Source: an uncultured archaeon
GTDB lineage: Archaea; Asgardarchaeota; Hermodarchaeia; Hermodarchaeales; Hermodarchaeaceae
DNA: 64,000 nucleotides
Reading direction: 5' to 3'
Assembly: GCA_964347045.1 (NCBI GenBank)
Contig: CAYFXC010000002.1
Coordinates: 116,285 to 180,284 of the forward strand
This document shows, piece after piece, positions 37,378 through 47,801 of this stretch. Under the pieces are notes generated by a model, which worked only from the letters and a program-made list of their open reading frames with translations, was not told where the DNA came from and did not search any database. Numbering within the stretch: position 1 is the first letter of the stretch; every line of letters starts with the position of its first letter. A program made the position numbers and the translations under genes.

Positions 37378-38424
37378 GTGGCGCGTCTTCCAAAGGATAA
37401 AGATTTTGTGGAAACTAAAGAGGGATTATTCTTCACAATTGTGGGCTATTTACATCCACCCGATTCATATACAGCCTATCTGAAGTACCGTCCAAATCAG
37501 AAAGGGAAATGGGAACGAGAAGGAGTTCACTACCAGCGTATGATGCAAGTATATAGCGCGGCAGAGGTACAAACTAGCAGTAATTGGCTGTTGGAAAATC
37601 ACCCAGAGTACATCAAGCTTGATCCAGTGCGAGCAATTAAACTTCCTTTAATTCCCAGAGAGAATATTGTAGCACATTATTTACCTGAAATTCGAATGAC
37701 CGAAATTATCCATAGCCCTCAAGATTCATTGGAATCCAAAACCAAAGCCCTAGTGACATTGCTATCAGAGGCTAGTGGTGTAGAGAAGACCCGGTTCGGA
37801 ATTTCAGGATCTATTCTTTTAGAAATTCATAATCCCATGTTTTCGGATATTGATCTACTCGTCTATGGTCAGGATAATGCGCAACATGTTCGAGCTGTGA
37901 TGGACGAGTTATTTGGCGAAAACAAAGTTAAGCCGTATTCAGGCGAGGAGATTCAAGCGTGGCAGTTAAGGCAAGTTCGAACCCTAGGAATACCTGCACG
38001 CTATGCCGAACAAATCGCCTGGTCACATTGGCAGCGTGGTCGTTTTAGTAAAACCGCCTTTTCAATTACCCCGGTTCGGATGGATGGGGAAATTATGAAT
38101 CAATATGGCGATGAAACGTTTTCTCCTGTAGAGAGTGTTGAATTTACAGCCACTATCATAGAAGATGAGTCAAACCTGTTCGTTCCTGCTAGATACCTTG
38201 TCAGTGATATCAACATAGAGGAAGGATATACAGAATTGCCAGCTTTAACTGAGGTAGTTTGTTTTGAGGGAATATTTTCAGCAGTTTTTCATAAGAACGA
38301 TAGGGTAAGAATTAGAGGAATGGTTGAAGCTGTTCGTGACAAGAATGGCAATGTTCTTCGAAATCATGTAATTGTTGGAACCTTGTCAGCGCAAGGTTGG
38401 ATTATTCGTTTGCCATCATCATGA
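37378..38424 (+). CDS. Archaeal nucleotidyltransferase (COG1665-like), paralog 2
   Basis: KDKDFVETKEG, HPPD..AYLKY, GISGS...SDIDLLVYG. Confidence 0.8.
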   Translation: MARLPKDKDFVETKEGLFFTIVGYLHPPDSYTAYLKYRPNQKGKWEREGVHYQRMMQVYSAAEVQTSSNWLLENHPEYIKLDPVRAIKLPLIPRENIVAHYLPEIRMTEIIHSPQDSLESKTKALVTLLSEASGVEKTRFGISGSILLEIHNPMFSDIDLLVYGQDNAQHVRAVMDELFGENKVKPYSGEEIQAWQLRQVRTLGIPARYAEQIAWSHWQRGRFSKTAFSITPVRMDGEIMNQYGDETFSPVESVEFTATIIEDESNLFVPARYLVSDINIEEGYTELPALTEVVCFEGIFSAVFHKNDRVRIRGMVEAVRDKNGNVLRNHVIVGTLSAQGWIIRLPSS

Positions 38425-38522
38425 ATTGTCGATAGGAGTTTTTAATGCCTTGGGCTTCAGCAAGAGATTTATTAAAGGTCATTTGTTATCGATTGCAACC
38501 AGAAGTGGAGTGATGTAGATCA

Positions 38523-38921
38523 ATGCCTAGCTTGGAAGTCGTGTTATTAACCGGTCGGACTCGTCGTCAGGGTGTGGGCCTTGAAGCGGGAAAACTTAGT
38601 GAAATTTACCATGAAGCTACGACTCAAATTCGCCTTGATCCCACTGATTTAGAGAAATTACAAATTGAACCTGGCGATACCGTTGAGGTTACTACTGAAA
38701 ATGGAAGTGTTGTGTTGCGAGCAGAACTTGCGCCACGGGCTAGTGAGGGGATTGGGTTCATCCCCTATGGTCCTTGGGCTAACTGTATAATTAGTGGAGA
38801 CACAGATAGCACAGGGATGCCCACAATGAAAGGGTTGAAGGCAAAAATTACACCCGCCCCTGAAAAGCAGGTTTTAACACTTCAAGAACTGTTTGCTACT
38901 ATGCATCGTTCCACAACTTAA
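38523..38921 (+). CDS. fwdD: Formylmethanofuran dehydrogenase subunit D
   Basis: LLTGRT..QG, FIPYGPWAN, TDSTGMP.MKG. Confidence 0.92.
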   Translation: MPSLEVVLLTGRTRRQGVGLEAGKLSEIYHEATTQIRLDPTDLEKLQIEPGDTVEVTTENGSVVLRAELAPRASEGIGFIPYGPWANCIISGDTDSTGMPTMKGLKAKITPAPEKQVLTLQELFATMHRSTT

Positions 38922-38954
38922 TTTGGTTGGATTTCAACGAATTTGGGAGATTCT

Positions 38955-41138
38955 ATGATTACGATCATCATCCTAAGTGTTGCAATTTTCATTGGATTAT
39001 TAGCAATTCTCGTCGCTTTGGTATTTTATCAACTAGTAATGCGAGAAGATGAAGGCAACGAGCGAATGCAAGAGGTGAGCAAACTCATCGAGGATGGAGC
39101 CCAATCGTTTCTTCGCGTTCAATATCGGATTATCGCAGTCTTCACCATTGCTATGGCCGTGCTCATTGGAGTTTCTGAGTTTTTATTCGGTGCTACTGGA
39201 ATTACCACTGTTGCTCTTGCGCTGGCTGTTTCATTCATCATTGGCTGTTTTTCGAGCATGCTAGCAGGTTATATCGGAATGTTGGTCGCAACACGGGCAA
39301 ACCGACGTACTGCAGCAGGCGCAGAAGCAGGTGGGATGAATCCTGCTTTTCGTGTGGCGTTTAGGGCAGGATCGGTAATGGGCCTAATCATCAGTGGACT
39401 CGCCCTTTTGGGAATTGCGTCTTTGTATTTACTCTGGAATTTCGTGTTTCCCGTTCTTGGATTAAATGGCGGTATTGCGCTATGGGAGATAATCATTGGA
39501 TTTTCCTTTGGGGCAAGCAGTGTAGCACTTTTTGCACGGGCAGGAGGAGGAATTTTCACAAAAACTGCAGATATCGCGGCAGATATTGTTGGAAAGGTAG
39601 AGTATGATATTCCAGAGGATGATCCACGAAATCCGGCAGCAATTGCAGATGCAGTCGGTGATAATGTCGGAGACGTGGCAGGAACGGGTGCTGATATTTT
39701 CGATAGTAATATCGCTGCGATTTTAGCAGCCGCGATTTTGGGAGCAACAATTGATTTGGTTCTAATTACTAGTGGGATTTACGTGCTCATTCCCTACGGA
39801 TTGATTCCGCTGATAATTACAACTCTAGGCGGGATAGCGGCCATAGTGGGTGTCTTTACGGTTCGGACTAGTGATACTTGTGAACCTGATTGTTCGCTCA
39901 ACAATGGCACCTATTATTCTACAATCCTATTTGGTGTACTTATTGTGGTTGTATTGTTCCTTCTCCAAGTACCCATTGTCATTGCAATTGCTGGCATACT
40001 TGGACTTCTTGCAGGAGTTCTCATAGGATTCGTATCGAATATATTCACCAATGATTATGGCTTTGGACGTTTCCAACCCGTTCAAAGTATGGTCCGATCG
40101 GCGGAAACCAGTACAGGCACATTGGCCTTATCTGGCTTTTCATATGGTCTTCTAAGTGTTGTTCCTTCGGTGGTGGGCATTGTTGTAGCATTAGTTGCAG
40201 CATTTATTCTTGGAACCCTAATTCCTATACCTGGACCAGTTGGTTTCTGGCAAGCGGGAGTTTTTGCAGTATCAATTTCCGCAGTGGGGCTATTAGCCAC
40301 GAACGGTCTAGTTGTGAGCGCAGATGCGTATGGTCCTATTGTAGATAATGCCCGAGGAATCATTGAGCAATCCGGGGCATCAAAGGAAGCAATTGAGGAA
40401 TGCGACAAACTTGACGCAATTGGAAATACAACAAAGGCAATCACCAAAGGTTTTGCCATTGGTGCTACGGCATTAACCGTTTTTGCCCTTTTTGCAGCGT
40501 ATATTGAACTTGCCACTCAAATAACTGGAACAATCATATTCATCGACCTTCTTAACCCAGTTGTCCTTGCAGGAGCTCTAATTGGTGGAATATTACCAGC
40601 AGCGTTCTCTGCAATTTTAATACTCGGCGTTCAAAAAAATGCTGACAAACTTATTATCGAAATTCGTCGACAGTTTCGAGAGAACCCCGGGATACTTGAA
40701 GGTAAGTCAATGCCCAATTATGACCGAGGGATCAAAATTGCCACACAAGGGGCCTTACGGGAGCTTTTACCTGCCACGATTATTGCAATCATTACTACAG
40801 TAATTACCGGTATAATATTGGGTCTAGAAGCTCTTGCAGCCTATCTAGCTGGAGCAGTAATTGTTGGCCTTATCCTTGCACTATTCATGGATAATTCAGG
40901 TGGCGCCTGGGATAATACCAAGAAATTCATTGAATCGCCAGCTTATGATCATGATAAACCAAACTATCATAGAATTCATTCTGCATCCGTAGTCGGTGAT
41001 ACTATCGGTGATCCCTTTAAAGACACGGCAGGACCTTCAATTAATACCCTTCTCACTGTAACTAGTCTTACAGCTACGATTTTTCTCCCTTTGATTTGGA
41101 CAGGACATCTTTGGCTCATAATCCTACTTTTACCGTGA
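38955..41138 (+). CDS. hppA: Membrane-bound H+-translocating pyrophosphatase, K+-independent type
   Basis: GGGIFTKTADIAAD, EDDPRNP, DNVGD, DAYGPIVDNA, GNTTKAI, GDTIGDPFKDTAGP. Confidence 0.95.
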   Translation: MITIIILSVAIFIGLLAILVALVFYQLVMREDEGNERMQEVSKLIEDGAQSFLRVQYRIIAVFTIAMAVLIGVSEFLFGATGITTVALALAVSFIIGCFSSMLAGYIGMLVATRANRRTAAGAEAGGMNPAFRVAFRAGSVMGLIISGLALLGIASLYLLWNFVFPVLGLNGGIALWEIIIGFSFGASSVALFARAGGGIFTKTADIAADIVGKVEYDIPEDDPRNPAAIADAVGDNVGDVAGTGADIFDSNIAAILAAAILGATIDLVLITSGIYVLIPYGLIPLIITTLGGIAAIVGVFTVRTSDTCEPDCSLNNGTYYSTILFGVLIVVVLFLLQVPIVIAIAGILGLLAGVLIGFVSNIFTNDYGFGRFQPVQSMVRSAETSTGTLALSGFSYGLLSVVPSVVGIVVALVAAFILGTLIPIPGPVGFWQAGVFAVSISAVGLLATNGLVVSADAYGPIVDNARGIIEQSGASKEAIEECDKLDAIGNTTKAITKGFAIGATALTVFALFAAYIELATQITGTIIFIDLLNPVVLAGALIGGILPAAFSAILILGVQKNADKLIIEIRRQFRENPGILEGKSMPNYDRGIKIATQGALRELLPATIIAIITTVITGIILGLEALAAYLAGAVIVGLILALFMDNSGGAWDNTKKFIESPAYDHDKPNYHRIHSASVVGDTIGDPFKDTAGPSINTLLTVTSLTATIFLPLIWTGHLWLIILLLP

Positions 41139-41307
41139 TTTGAAACCAAGTCCATAATCCAGAAAAAAATGTTCTATGAAAGACATTGGCTAGATTTTTC
41201 ATCCGATTAAAATGTCAAAATCTATTGAAGTCAACATAATGTTACATGCAATCAGACTTCCACTGCGTAAGCGTGCCATCCATAGATATTAAGGTGATAA
41301 ATCAGAA

Positions 41308-41331
41308 ATTCCGAACTAACTAGTTCGGAAT
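41308..41331. promoter_or_regulatory. Perfect 11-bp-arm palindrome ATTCCGAACTA-AC-TAGTTCGGAAT, candidate operator
   Basis: Seen directly. Intergenic, upstream of the CPBP gene. Confidence 0.5.
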
Positions 41332-41436
41332 CACTCTTTTTTCTCTAATCTTCTGCGAAAATATTAACTAACCGGGTTCCATGAATTCAAAAGTGTTTAG
41401 CCACTTTCACATTCAACCTCTGACCAAGGTTAGGGT

Positions 41437-42306
41437 ATGATTACTATGTCTGAATCCGATATGGTTCGTAAACCCTTGATACCTCCAATTCTATTGTCAA
41501 TTTTGTTTTTTATAATTGCCATGATTTTCCGTATCATCGACATATTTGTACTACAGCTCCATTTAACAAATTGGAGCATAATTACATCCAAAGTAATTCC
41601 TCTAGTTTTGCTTCTCATCTATGTCGGTGTTGTATACCGCACCTTCTCCGTACTTGGCATTCACATAAAATATTTGATCACTAACATCGTGCTAGGTATT
41701 CTGACTTATCTTGTCTACTTTGTTCTTCCATACATTTTAGAATATTACATCGAAGTTGTCCTAGGACTAGGACCCAGACTATCGTTGACTACAGCCCCCG
41801 TATTCTTAATCGCCTACTTTCTAGTTTTCTATATCATCAATTCATTCATGGAAGAAGGTGTTTTCCGTGGGCTCATGATGCGCTGTTTCATGACCAAGAC
41901 CAACGTCAACATTGCCAACGTCATTCAGTCCGTCTTCTTTGGCTTCTGGCACATTGTTTGGCCCATCAATGCTCTATTCAGTGGGATGAACCCAATTAGC
42001 GCAGGATGGTACGCAGCCTACTACGTGGCTTCAACTTTTGTTTTTGGTATTGTCACTGGTTACATGTTTCAAAAAACCAGTAGCCTATGGGGCCCAATCA
42101 TTTTACACACTCTCTGGAATTTTACACTCTTCATGATAACACTGACCTATCTATTTCCTCCGAATGAAACAATGACACTAATCATTTATGGCACAACCAT
42201 CGCAACAGAAATTGTTGGTGCCATCATTACCATTGTTCTCATCAAATTCATTAGTCAACGACAGAAACTCCCCGAACTAACACCTTGGAATACTCCGCTT
42301 CCCTAA
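41437..42306 (+). CDS. CPBP (Abi/CAAX-like) intramembrane metalloprotease
   Basis: MEEGVFRG, FGFWH, HTLWN; multi-TM. Confidence 0.9.
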   Translation: MITMSESDMVRKPLIPPILLSILFFIIAMIFRIIDIFVLQLHLTNWSIITSKVIPLVLLLIYVGVVYRTFSVLGIHIKYLITNIVLGILTYLVYFVLPYILEYYIEVVLGLGPRLSLTTAPVFLIAYFLVFYIINSFMEEGVFRGLMMRCFMTKTNVNIANVIQSVFFGFWHIVWPINALFSGMNPISAGWYAAYYVASTFVFGIVTGYMFQKTSSLWGPIILHTLWNFTLFMITLTYLFPPNETMTLIIYGTTIATEIVGAIITIVLIKFISQRQKLPELTPWNTPLP

Positions 42307-42423
42307 ATACACATTCAGAAACCATCTTAGAATGAAAAGACAGTAGTGTGGGCGAACCGCTTAAATGACAGAACCGCCTTGTACAACAACACCTTATGTT
42401 AGGTGCTAAATGAGGTTCAGTTC

Positions 42424-43821
42424 ATGGCTACCAAAGACACCGACGCTATTCTCTCCACTCCAAGATCGCGTATCACGAAACATGTCATCTGCCCATTTTG
42501 TGGTTGCCTATGTGACGACATAGAAGTTGCTGTGACACTAACTGGTCCTCTGCCTCGTGTTCCTGAAGGAACAATTGTGGAGGCTTTGAATGCCTGTCGA
42601 ATTGGACATACTAAATTTCTGAAGGTACGGGACGAGTTTCGAATTTACAAACCGGAGTTGCGGTCGGGTCCAAATAAGTCAGAGGTTCGGCAAGTTTCCT
42701 TGGAAGAAGCGGTAAAAGTTGCAGCAAAAATCCTAGTAGATGCAAAACGGCCTGTGATTTATGGATTAGCCAGTACTTCCAATGAAGCGAATGCTAAAGC
42801 ATTAGAACTAGCGGAGGTGTCTGGTGCAATAGTCGATAACACTTCATCTGTATGTCATGGTCCCGGTATTGAAGCAGTACAACGTGTTGGGATTGGTACA
42901 TGTACACTAGGTAAAATCAAAAATTATTCAGATTTGATTATATACTGGGGCTGTAATCCGGTTGCCGCTCACCCACGACATACTAGACGCTATTCTCAAT
43001 TTATTGAAGGATTATTCCAGCAAGTGGAAGATCGAAAAATCTACCATATCGACGTCCGACCTACAAGATTCACAGATCAGGTTACAAATTCGATTATTGT
43101 TAAACCAAATAAGGACTATGAACTTATCCAAGCTATACGAGCACTTTTACATGGATACGAGTTGCAGGCTTCAGAGGTAGCTGGTGTCCCAATGCGCCAA
43201 ATTCGCGAATTTGCCAATGATTTGAAGAGTGCTAAATTCACGACAATTTTCTTCGGATTAGGACTGACACAAACCCATGGTAAGGATCACAATGTATCAG
43301 CAGCTATCGATCTTACTGCAGATTTGAACCATCACACAAAAGCAGTTATTATGCCCTTGCGAGGACATTTCAATGTCACTGGTTCAAACCATGTGTCCAC
43401 ATGGACCTATGGATATCCGTTTTCTGTGAGTTTAGAGCAGGGCGCGCCGTACTATATGCCCGGTGAAACTAGCGCAGTTGATGTGCTAGCTCGAGGAGAA
43501 GCTGATGCGTTCTTTGCAGTTGCTGCGGATCCCGCAGCGTCATTTCCCATGGCGGCTGTTAAAGAAATGATGAAAATGCCAGTTATTGTGTTAGATCCCA
43601 AGCGATGTGCAACAACCGAAATCGCAGATGTAGTTCTTCCTTCAGCTTATGTTGGCATTGAAGCAGAGGGAGTACAAACGGCGTACCGAATGGACGGAAT
43701 TCCACTTCAACTTGACAAGATTGTGGATCCTCCAGAAGGAATCAAAACTGATGAGCAAATTCTCGATATGATGGTTCGTGAAGTGTGCAAATTAAAGGGG
43801 ATTAAACGCTATTCTCATTAG
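42424..43821 (+). CDS. fwdB: Formylmethanofuran dehydrogenase subunit B (Cys, not Sec, ligand)
   Basis: CPFCGCLCDD, SVCHGP, YWGCNP..AHPRH, RGHFNV.G, YRMDG. Confidence 0.95.
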   Translation: MATKDTDAILSTPRSRITKHVICPFCGCLCDDIEVAVTLTGPLPRVPEGTIVEALNACRIGHTKFLKVRDEFRIYKPELRSGPNKSEVRQVSLEEAVKVAAKILVDAKRPVIYGLASTSNEANAKALELAEVSGAIVDNTSSVCHGPGIEAVQRVGIGTCTLGKIKNYSDLIIYWGCNPVAAHPRHTRRYSQFIEGLFQQVEDRKIYHIDVRPTRFTDQVTNSIIVKPNKDYELIQAIRALLHGYELQASEVAGVPMRQIREFANDLKSAKFTTIFFGLGLTQTHGKDHNVSAAIDLTADLNHHTKAVIMPLRGHFNVTGSNHVSTWTYGYPFSVSLEQGAPYYMPGETSAVDVLARGEADAFFAVAADPAASFPMAAVKEMMKMPVIVLDPKRCATTEIADVVLPSAYVGIEAEGVQTAYRMDGIPLQLDKIVDPPEGIKTDEQILDMMVREVCKLKGIKRYSH

Positions 43822-44509
43822 TTCGCGCGCTAATTTGTTTCCCCAGTTTTTCGCTGATTGAGTGAATCGTAAAACCCTGGAAATTCGAAATAACCAAGTC
43901 CGCGTGTGCAAGATCCTCAGCTGGATTTGTGGTTGTGAGGGCAACACAGGTCATATTTGCAGATTTTGCGGCCGTGACACCTTTTGGTGAATCCTCAAAT
44001 ACAAGACAATGCTCTGGGCTAACGGCTAGGGTTTCGGCGCCCAATAAATATGGTTCAGGATCTGGTTTAATCTTGGTCACTCGGGTAACATCGATTACCG
44101 GATGCTTACCTAACAGCCCCAAGTGTTTCAAAGCGGCATTCAAACTGACAGGATGACCTGTACTGACAAACGCAATAGGAATTTTTGCCATATATACCGA
44201 TTCATAAAATGTAATAAACCCAGGAACTGGTTGAAGTTCGCCGTTTTCAACGCGTTCTCGATAAAGGAATCGACGTTGTTTAATTAACGGGTCTGGATCA
44301 TCGTGTATGCCCTTTTCTTGAAAAAGGGAGTTCATAATGGCATCCGATCCCGCACCAAGAAACCGTGTTTTCCATTCTTCTTCCGAGATATGAATTCCGA
44401 AGGGCTTTAAGATTTCATTGAAGGTTTGGAGATGCAGAAGTTCACTTTCAACTACGACACCATCAATATCAAAGAGCACCGCTTCAATTGGCGAGGAGGG
44501 CGATAACAT
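43802..44509 (-). CDS. HAD family phosphatase (beta-PGM/CbbY-like)
   Basis: FDIDGV..SE, KPDPEPY, FEDSPKG. Confidence 0.93.
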   Translation of the reverse strand: MLSPSSPIEAVLFDIDGVVVESELLHLQTFNEILKPFGIHISEEEWKTRFLGAGSDAIMNSLFQEKGIHDDPDPLIKQRRFLYRERVENGELQPVPGFITFYESVYMAKIPIAFVSTGHPVSLNAALKHLGLLGKHPVIDVTRVTKIKPDPEPYLLGAETLAVSPEHCLVFEDSPKGVTAAKSANMTCVALTTTNPAEDLAHADLVISNFQGFTIHSISEKLGKQISARTNENSV

Positions 44510-44525
44510 GTTTAATCATCCTAAT

Positions 44526-45281
44526 CTATGAATCAAATAGAAACCGTTCAAGATCTTGTAGATTCCCAAATCCGTCAATTCGATATGCGAATTCTTGACT
44601 TTTTTCTGCTGAATTCCCTACTTCCTTGGAAAGCACACCTAAGCGTCCTTTCTCTTGATCTAAATTTACAAGAAACGTTTGTATTCCAAGTTCTGAAGCC
44701 GCCATATCACTAATAGGATCATTACCCGCCATAATACAATCTTCAGGTTTTTGGTGAATCATGTCCAAAATGGTTTGATAGTATTCAGGACGAGGTTTAC
44801 AATAAGACATATTTTCAGCGTGTGTCATGAGAGCTATATCCAAATCTGAAAGATTAGCCCAGCCTAACCGAATTTTAGTAGCGAGCTCTGGGAAAATAGG
44901 ATTTGTTGCGATAACTACTTGCAACCCTTTTTCTATGACATGTTCGAGAAGCTTTCGCCCATATGGTACAGAGCTAACAATTGACTCAAGTTGATGAAAG
45001 GATTCTTCATAAAATTTTGTGAATCGATTAATACACTCATCAAAGCTGAGGGACGGCGTATTAGAAATGAAATGGTGGGTAAATGCTTCCACATTGGTCA
45101 TGCGACCGTCATTGTGGATCATTTTTCGTGTGGATTGGAGGAGCCTTTGAAAGAAGGTGGATTCATCAAAAAAATCTTGCAGGTAAGGATAAGCAAGTTT
45201 GGCATAGGAATAAAGAAAGTGGTCTTCATTGAAAAGCACGAGAGTATTGTCGAAGTCAATTAATAGTGCATTTTTTACCAA
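44526..45281 (-). CDS. HAD family hydrolase
   Basis: DFDNTL, ATNPIFP, CKPRPEYY, GND...DM. Confidence 0.9.
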   Translation of the reverse strand: MVKNALLIDFDNTLVLFNEDHFLYSYAKLAYPYLQDFFDESTFFQRLLQSTRKMIHNDGRMTNVEAFTHHFISNTPSLSFDECINRFTKFYEESFHQLESIVSSVPYGRKLLEHVIEKGLQVVIATNPIFPELATKIRLGWANLSDLDIALMTHAENMSYCKPRPEYYQTILDMIHQKPEDCIMAGNDPISDMAASELGIQTFLVNLDQEKGRLGVLSKEVGNSAEKSQEFAYRIDGFGNLQDLERFLFDS

Positions 45282-45338
45282 GGAATCTGCTCCATTGTCA
45301 ATTGATTCTTTAAAAGATCAGCTATTTTTTCTGATTTT

Positions 45339-45764
45339 TTATTCCACTAGGCCCTTCACCTTGATTTGGAGTTTCGGTGCAATGTTTACGATAAAATATG
45401 ACACGGCAAAGGGTAGGGCATTATATTCTTCTTGAAATCCTTCGAAACTAAGGGAGGCTATCCCTTCATGCCCAATAACTCCAACGGCGCCTTGATCTGT
45501 TATAAAATATTTAATTTCAGCGAGTTGTCCATTTGCCTCAAGTAGGCTCCTGTAGAGTTTACCTTTATCGACGTTTTTGAGTTCATCTGCTTCAACAATG
45601 ATGATGAAAAACCGTACCCACTTATCGCTACGATCAACGATTAAGAGAAATCTACGGTCATCAATAGTGTATGGAAGAATAATTCTGTCTTCGGCAGGAA
45701 TGACACGGTATGTTAGACTCATCTGTTTTAGATAACTTTCAATTGTTTCCATTGTTGTGGGCAT
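45339..45764 (-). CDS. YbjN-like (T3SS-chaperone fold) protein, paralog 1
   Basis: IESYLKQMSL.Y...LYRSLLEAN...KYFI...G. Paralog of the next ORF. Confidence 0.7.
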   Translation of the reverse strand: MPTTMETIESYLKQMSLTYRVIPAEDRIILPYTIDDRRFLLIVDRSDKWVRFFIIIVEADELKNVDKGKLYRSLLEANGQLAEIKYFITDQGAVGVIGHEGIASLSFEGFQEEYNALPFAVSYFIVNIAPKLQIKVKGLVE

Positions 45765-45844
45765 AATTCTAACCTCGATTAGATTGAACAACTCAACGGC
45801 AGGATTCAGAAAAATCTTCTTCTTTCTTTGCTTTTAGATTGAAT

Positions 45845-46309
45845 TCAAGTATAAATGGAAAGTTCATCTCGAGTGGGCAGTTTTAGGGTAAGGTTTAGTT
45901 TTTTAGCAATGACAGTTAGAAAATAGGTTATCCCATAAGGAATCGCCCGAAATTCCTCACGGAAACTATCCACTGTTAACACTTTGATCCCTTCGTGACC
46001 AACAATTCCAATATCTCCTTTTTTAGTAATAAAATATTTGACTTCAGCGAGATGTCCGTTAGCAACTAAAAGCTCGTAATAGAGTTTTTCCTGCTTTTTC
46101 TTATCAGACACTTTCTCTGCGAGCATTATTAGAACCCAAAACCGAACAAATTGACCTGAAACATCAATGATGACATCAAAATTCAAAGATTCTTCAGGTA
46201 CAGAAAAGGGGACACGAATTCGTTGAATCTCGCCATTAATGGGTTTAATTTCATAGGATAGGTTCATCGACTTCAAGTGCATTATCACTTGGTCAAGGAT
46301 TTCTGCCAT
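45845..46309 (-). CDS. YbjN-like protein, paralog 2
   Basis: LYYELLVANGHLAEVKYFITKKGDIGIVGHEG matches paralog 1. Confidence 0.7.
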   Translation of the reverse strand: MAEILDQVIMHLKSMNLSYEIKPINGEIQRIRVPFSVPEESLNFDVIIDVSGQFVRFWVLIMLAEKVSDKKKQEKLYYELLVANGHLAEVKYFITKKGDIGIVGHEGIKVLTVDSFREEFRAIPYGITYFLTVIAKKLNLTLKLPTRDELSIYT

Positions 46310-46511
46310 AGCGGATACTCCAAGGATACCCAGTGTTCCAATAAAACTCAACCCATTAGAAAAAACTATCTCCCACTCGAAATAATTTAAACAAAAAGGA
46401 GTGATACCATCAGAAAATTGAACTAGCTAAGAAAAGAGGAGAATTAAGTTTGTTTTTGCAAAGTTCAGATGGGAGTAATTTCAAGGCGATCAAAAAGCAA
46501 AGGTGCAATGA

Positions 46512-46703
46512 TCATTGCGCTCGAAGAGGTATTGATCGTCCGCAGTGACGACATCGTGCCTGTTTTTCCTTTGAAAGAAGCCAGTTGTAGAGTTTGCCTT
46601 TAATAAGGTTAAGTTGTCCACAGGCTGGACAAGTAACTGTTTTGGTGGTCGAGCGCTGCACGGTTGTTACCGCGCCTGACTCCATAACGGTCGTTTTCAT
46701 CAC
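46512..46703 (-). CDS. Small Zn-ribbon protein
   Basis: CPACG...CRHCG. SD AGGA before GTG. Confidence 0.75.
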   Translation of the reverse strand: MMKTTVMESGAVTTVQRSTTKTVTCPACGQLNLIKGKLYNWLLSKEKQARCRHCGRSIPLRAQ

Positions 46704-47011
46704 GTTCCTATTTATTGCTCATGTGTACCGCACTAAAAAAGATATTTAAACCCTTGGATTTCGTTATAGGGCGACAATATCTTCTAAAATCCCCATATTA
46801 GACATATATTATTTTTTTACGAGTTTTAAGGCATTTAAGCTGAGTTATAGGAGGATTAGAGGATTAAGGAATTCTAAAAGCTCATTTATATTAGTGGTAT
46901 TACCCAGTAGGGGCTCCAAATCTTACACAGCTCAAGACAACCGACGAGCTATTATACAGCTAAGTTAGGAGTAAGACTACCCTATCAAATTGAGCTGAAG
47001 AGGAGTCAACA

Positions 47012-47410
47012 ATGTCAATTGATGATGATCAACTCGTTGAACATGCCCGCGACGCCCAAAAAAACGCTTATGCGCCTTATTCAGAATTTAATGTAGGAGC
47101 GGCGCTACTCACTGAGGATAACCAGGTTTTTTCAGGATGCAATGTTGAGAATGCGACCTTTGGTGCAACGATTTGTGCCGAGCAAACAGCTGTGTTTAAT
47201 GCCGTGTGTCATGGTGCTAGACAATTCACTAAGATAGCAATCGTAACAGATAATGATGCCCCCGTGATGCCTTGTGGAATTTGTCGAAGCGTTCTTTTTG
47301 AATTCTCACCCGATATGGAAATCATTGCTGTAGGATCATCAGGTAGGATGGAAAAAATACGGCTTTCCCAACTGTATCCGAAGGGATTTCGGCTAAAATC
47401 TAAAGTATGA
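47012..47410 (+). CDS. cdd: Cytidine deaminase (homotetrameric)
   Basis: AYAPYS.FNVGAAL, GCNVENA, CAE, PCGICR. Confidence 0.95.
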   Translation: MSIDDDQLVEHARDAQKNAYAPYSEFNVGAALLTEDNQVFSGCNVENATFGATICAEQTAVFNAVCHGARQFTKIAIVTDNDAPVMPCGICRSVLFEFSPDMEIIAVGSSGRMEKIRLSQLYPKGFRLKSKV

Positions 47411-47426
47411 GGACTACTAGCTACGA

Positions 47427-47801
47427 TTAGGCATTTCGAGTCATGACTTGCCGAATGTATTTGAATACTAACACAAGGAGTTCATAGTCCATGACGGGAC
47501 CGAATGCGATACGTTGGCTATCGTTGGGTTCCGCGTAAAGGAAAACATTGGAGTTCTTTTTGACGATAACACTGGCTTGGTTGGCTTCTGCGTAAACATC
47601 CATACCTTGAAAGAATTGTTTGACGTATTCGATGTCTAGAGGTCGACTGATTTGCACATTAGCATAACCAGATTCAGTGCAATGAATCTTCATTTTACCA
47701 AGGAATAAGGCATCATCGGAGACGGCGGGTTCAGCTTCTTGTAGAAGGGAGAGGAGGGTTTGTTTAACCAAGTCTTTCCTCGTCATTGTGCGATCCGCCA
47801 C
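47427..47801 (-). CDS. Hypothetical protein
   Basis: 124-aa ORF filling the gap; no family recognised. Confidence 0.6.
   Translation of the reverse strand: MADRTMTRKDLVKQTLLSLLQEAEPAVSDDALFLGKMKIHCTESGYANVQISRPLDIEYVKQFFQGMDVYAEANQASVIVKKNSNVFLYAEPNDSQRIAFGPVMDYELLVLVFKYIRQVMTRNA

Noticed and set aside
42424-43821. Selenocysteine in FwdB or a SECIS role for the hairpins
   Set aside because: The ligand is Cys (SVCHGP) and no in-frame UGA is needed in any gene examined
46455-46476. TTTGCAAAG...GATGGGAG resembling the cassette motifs
   Set aside because: Partial match with different order and spacing; likely chance
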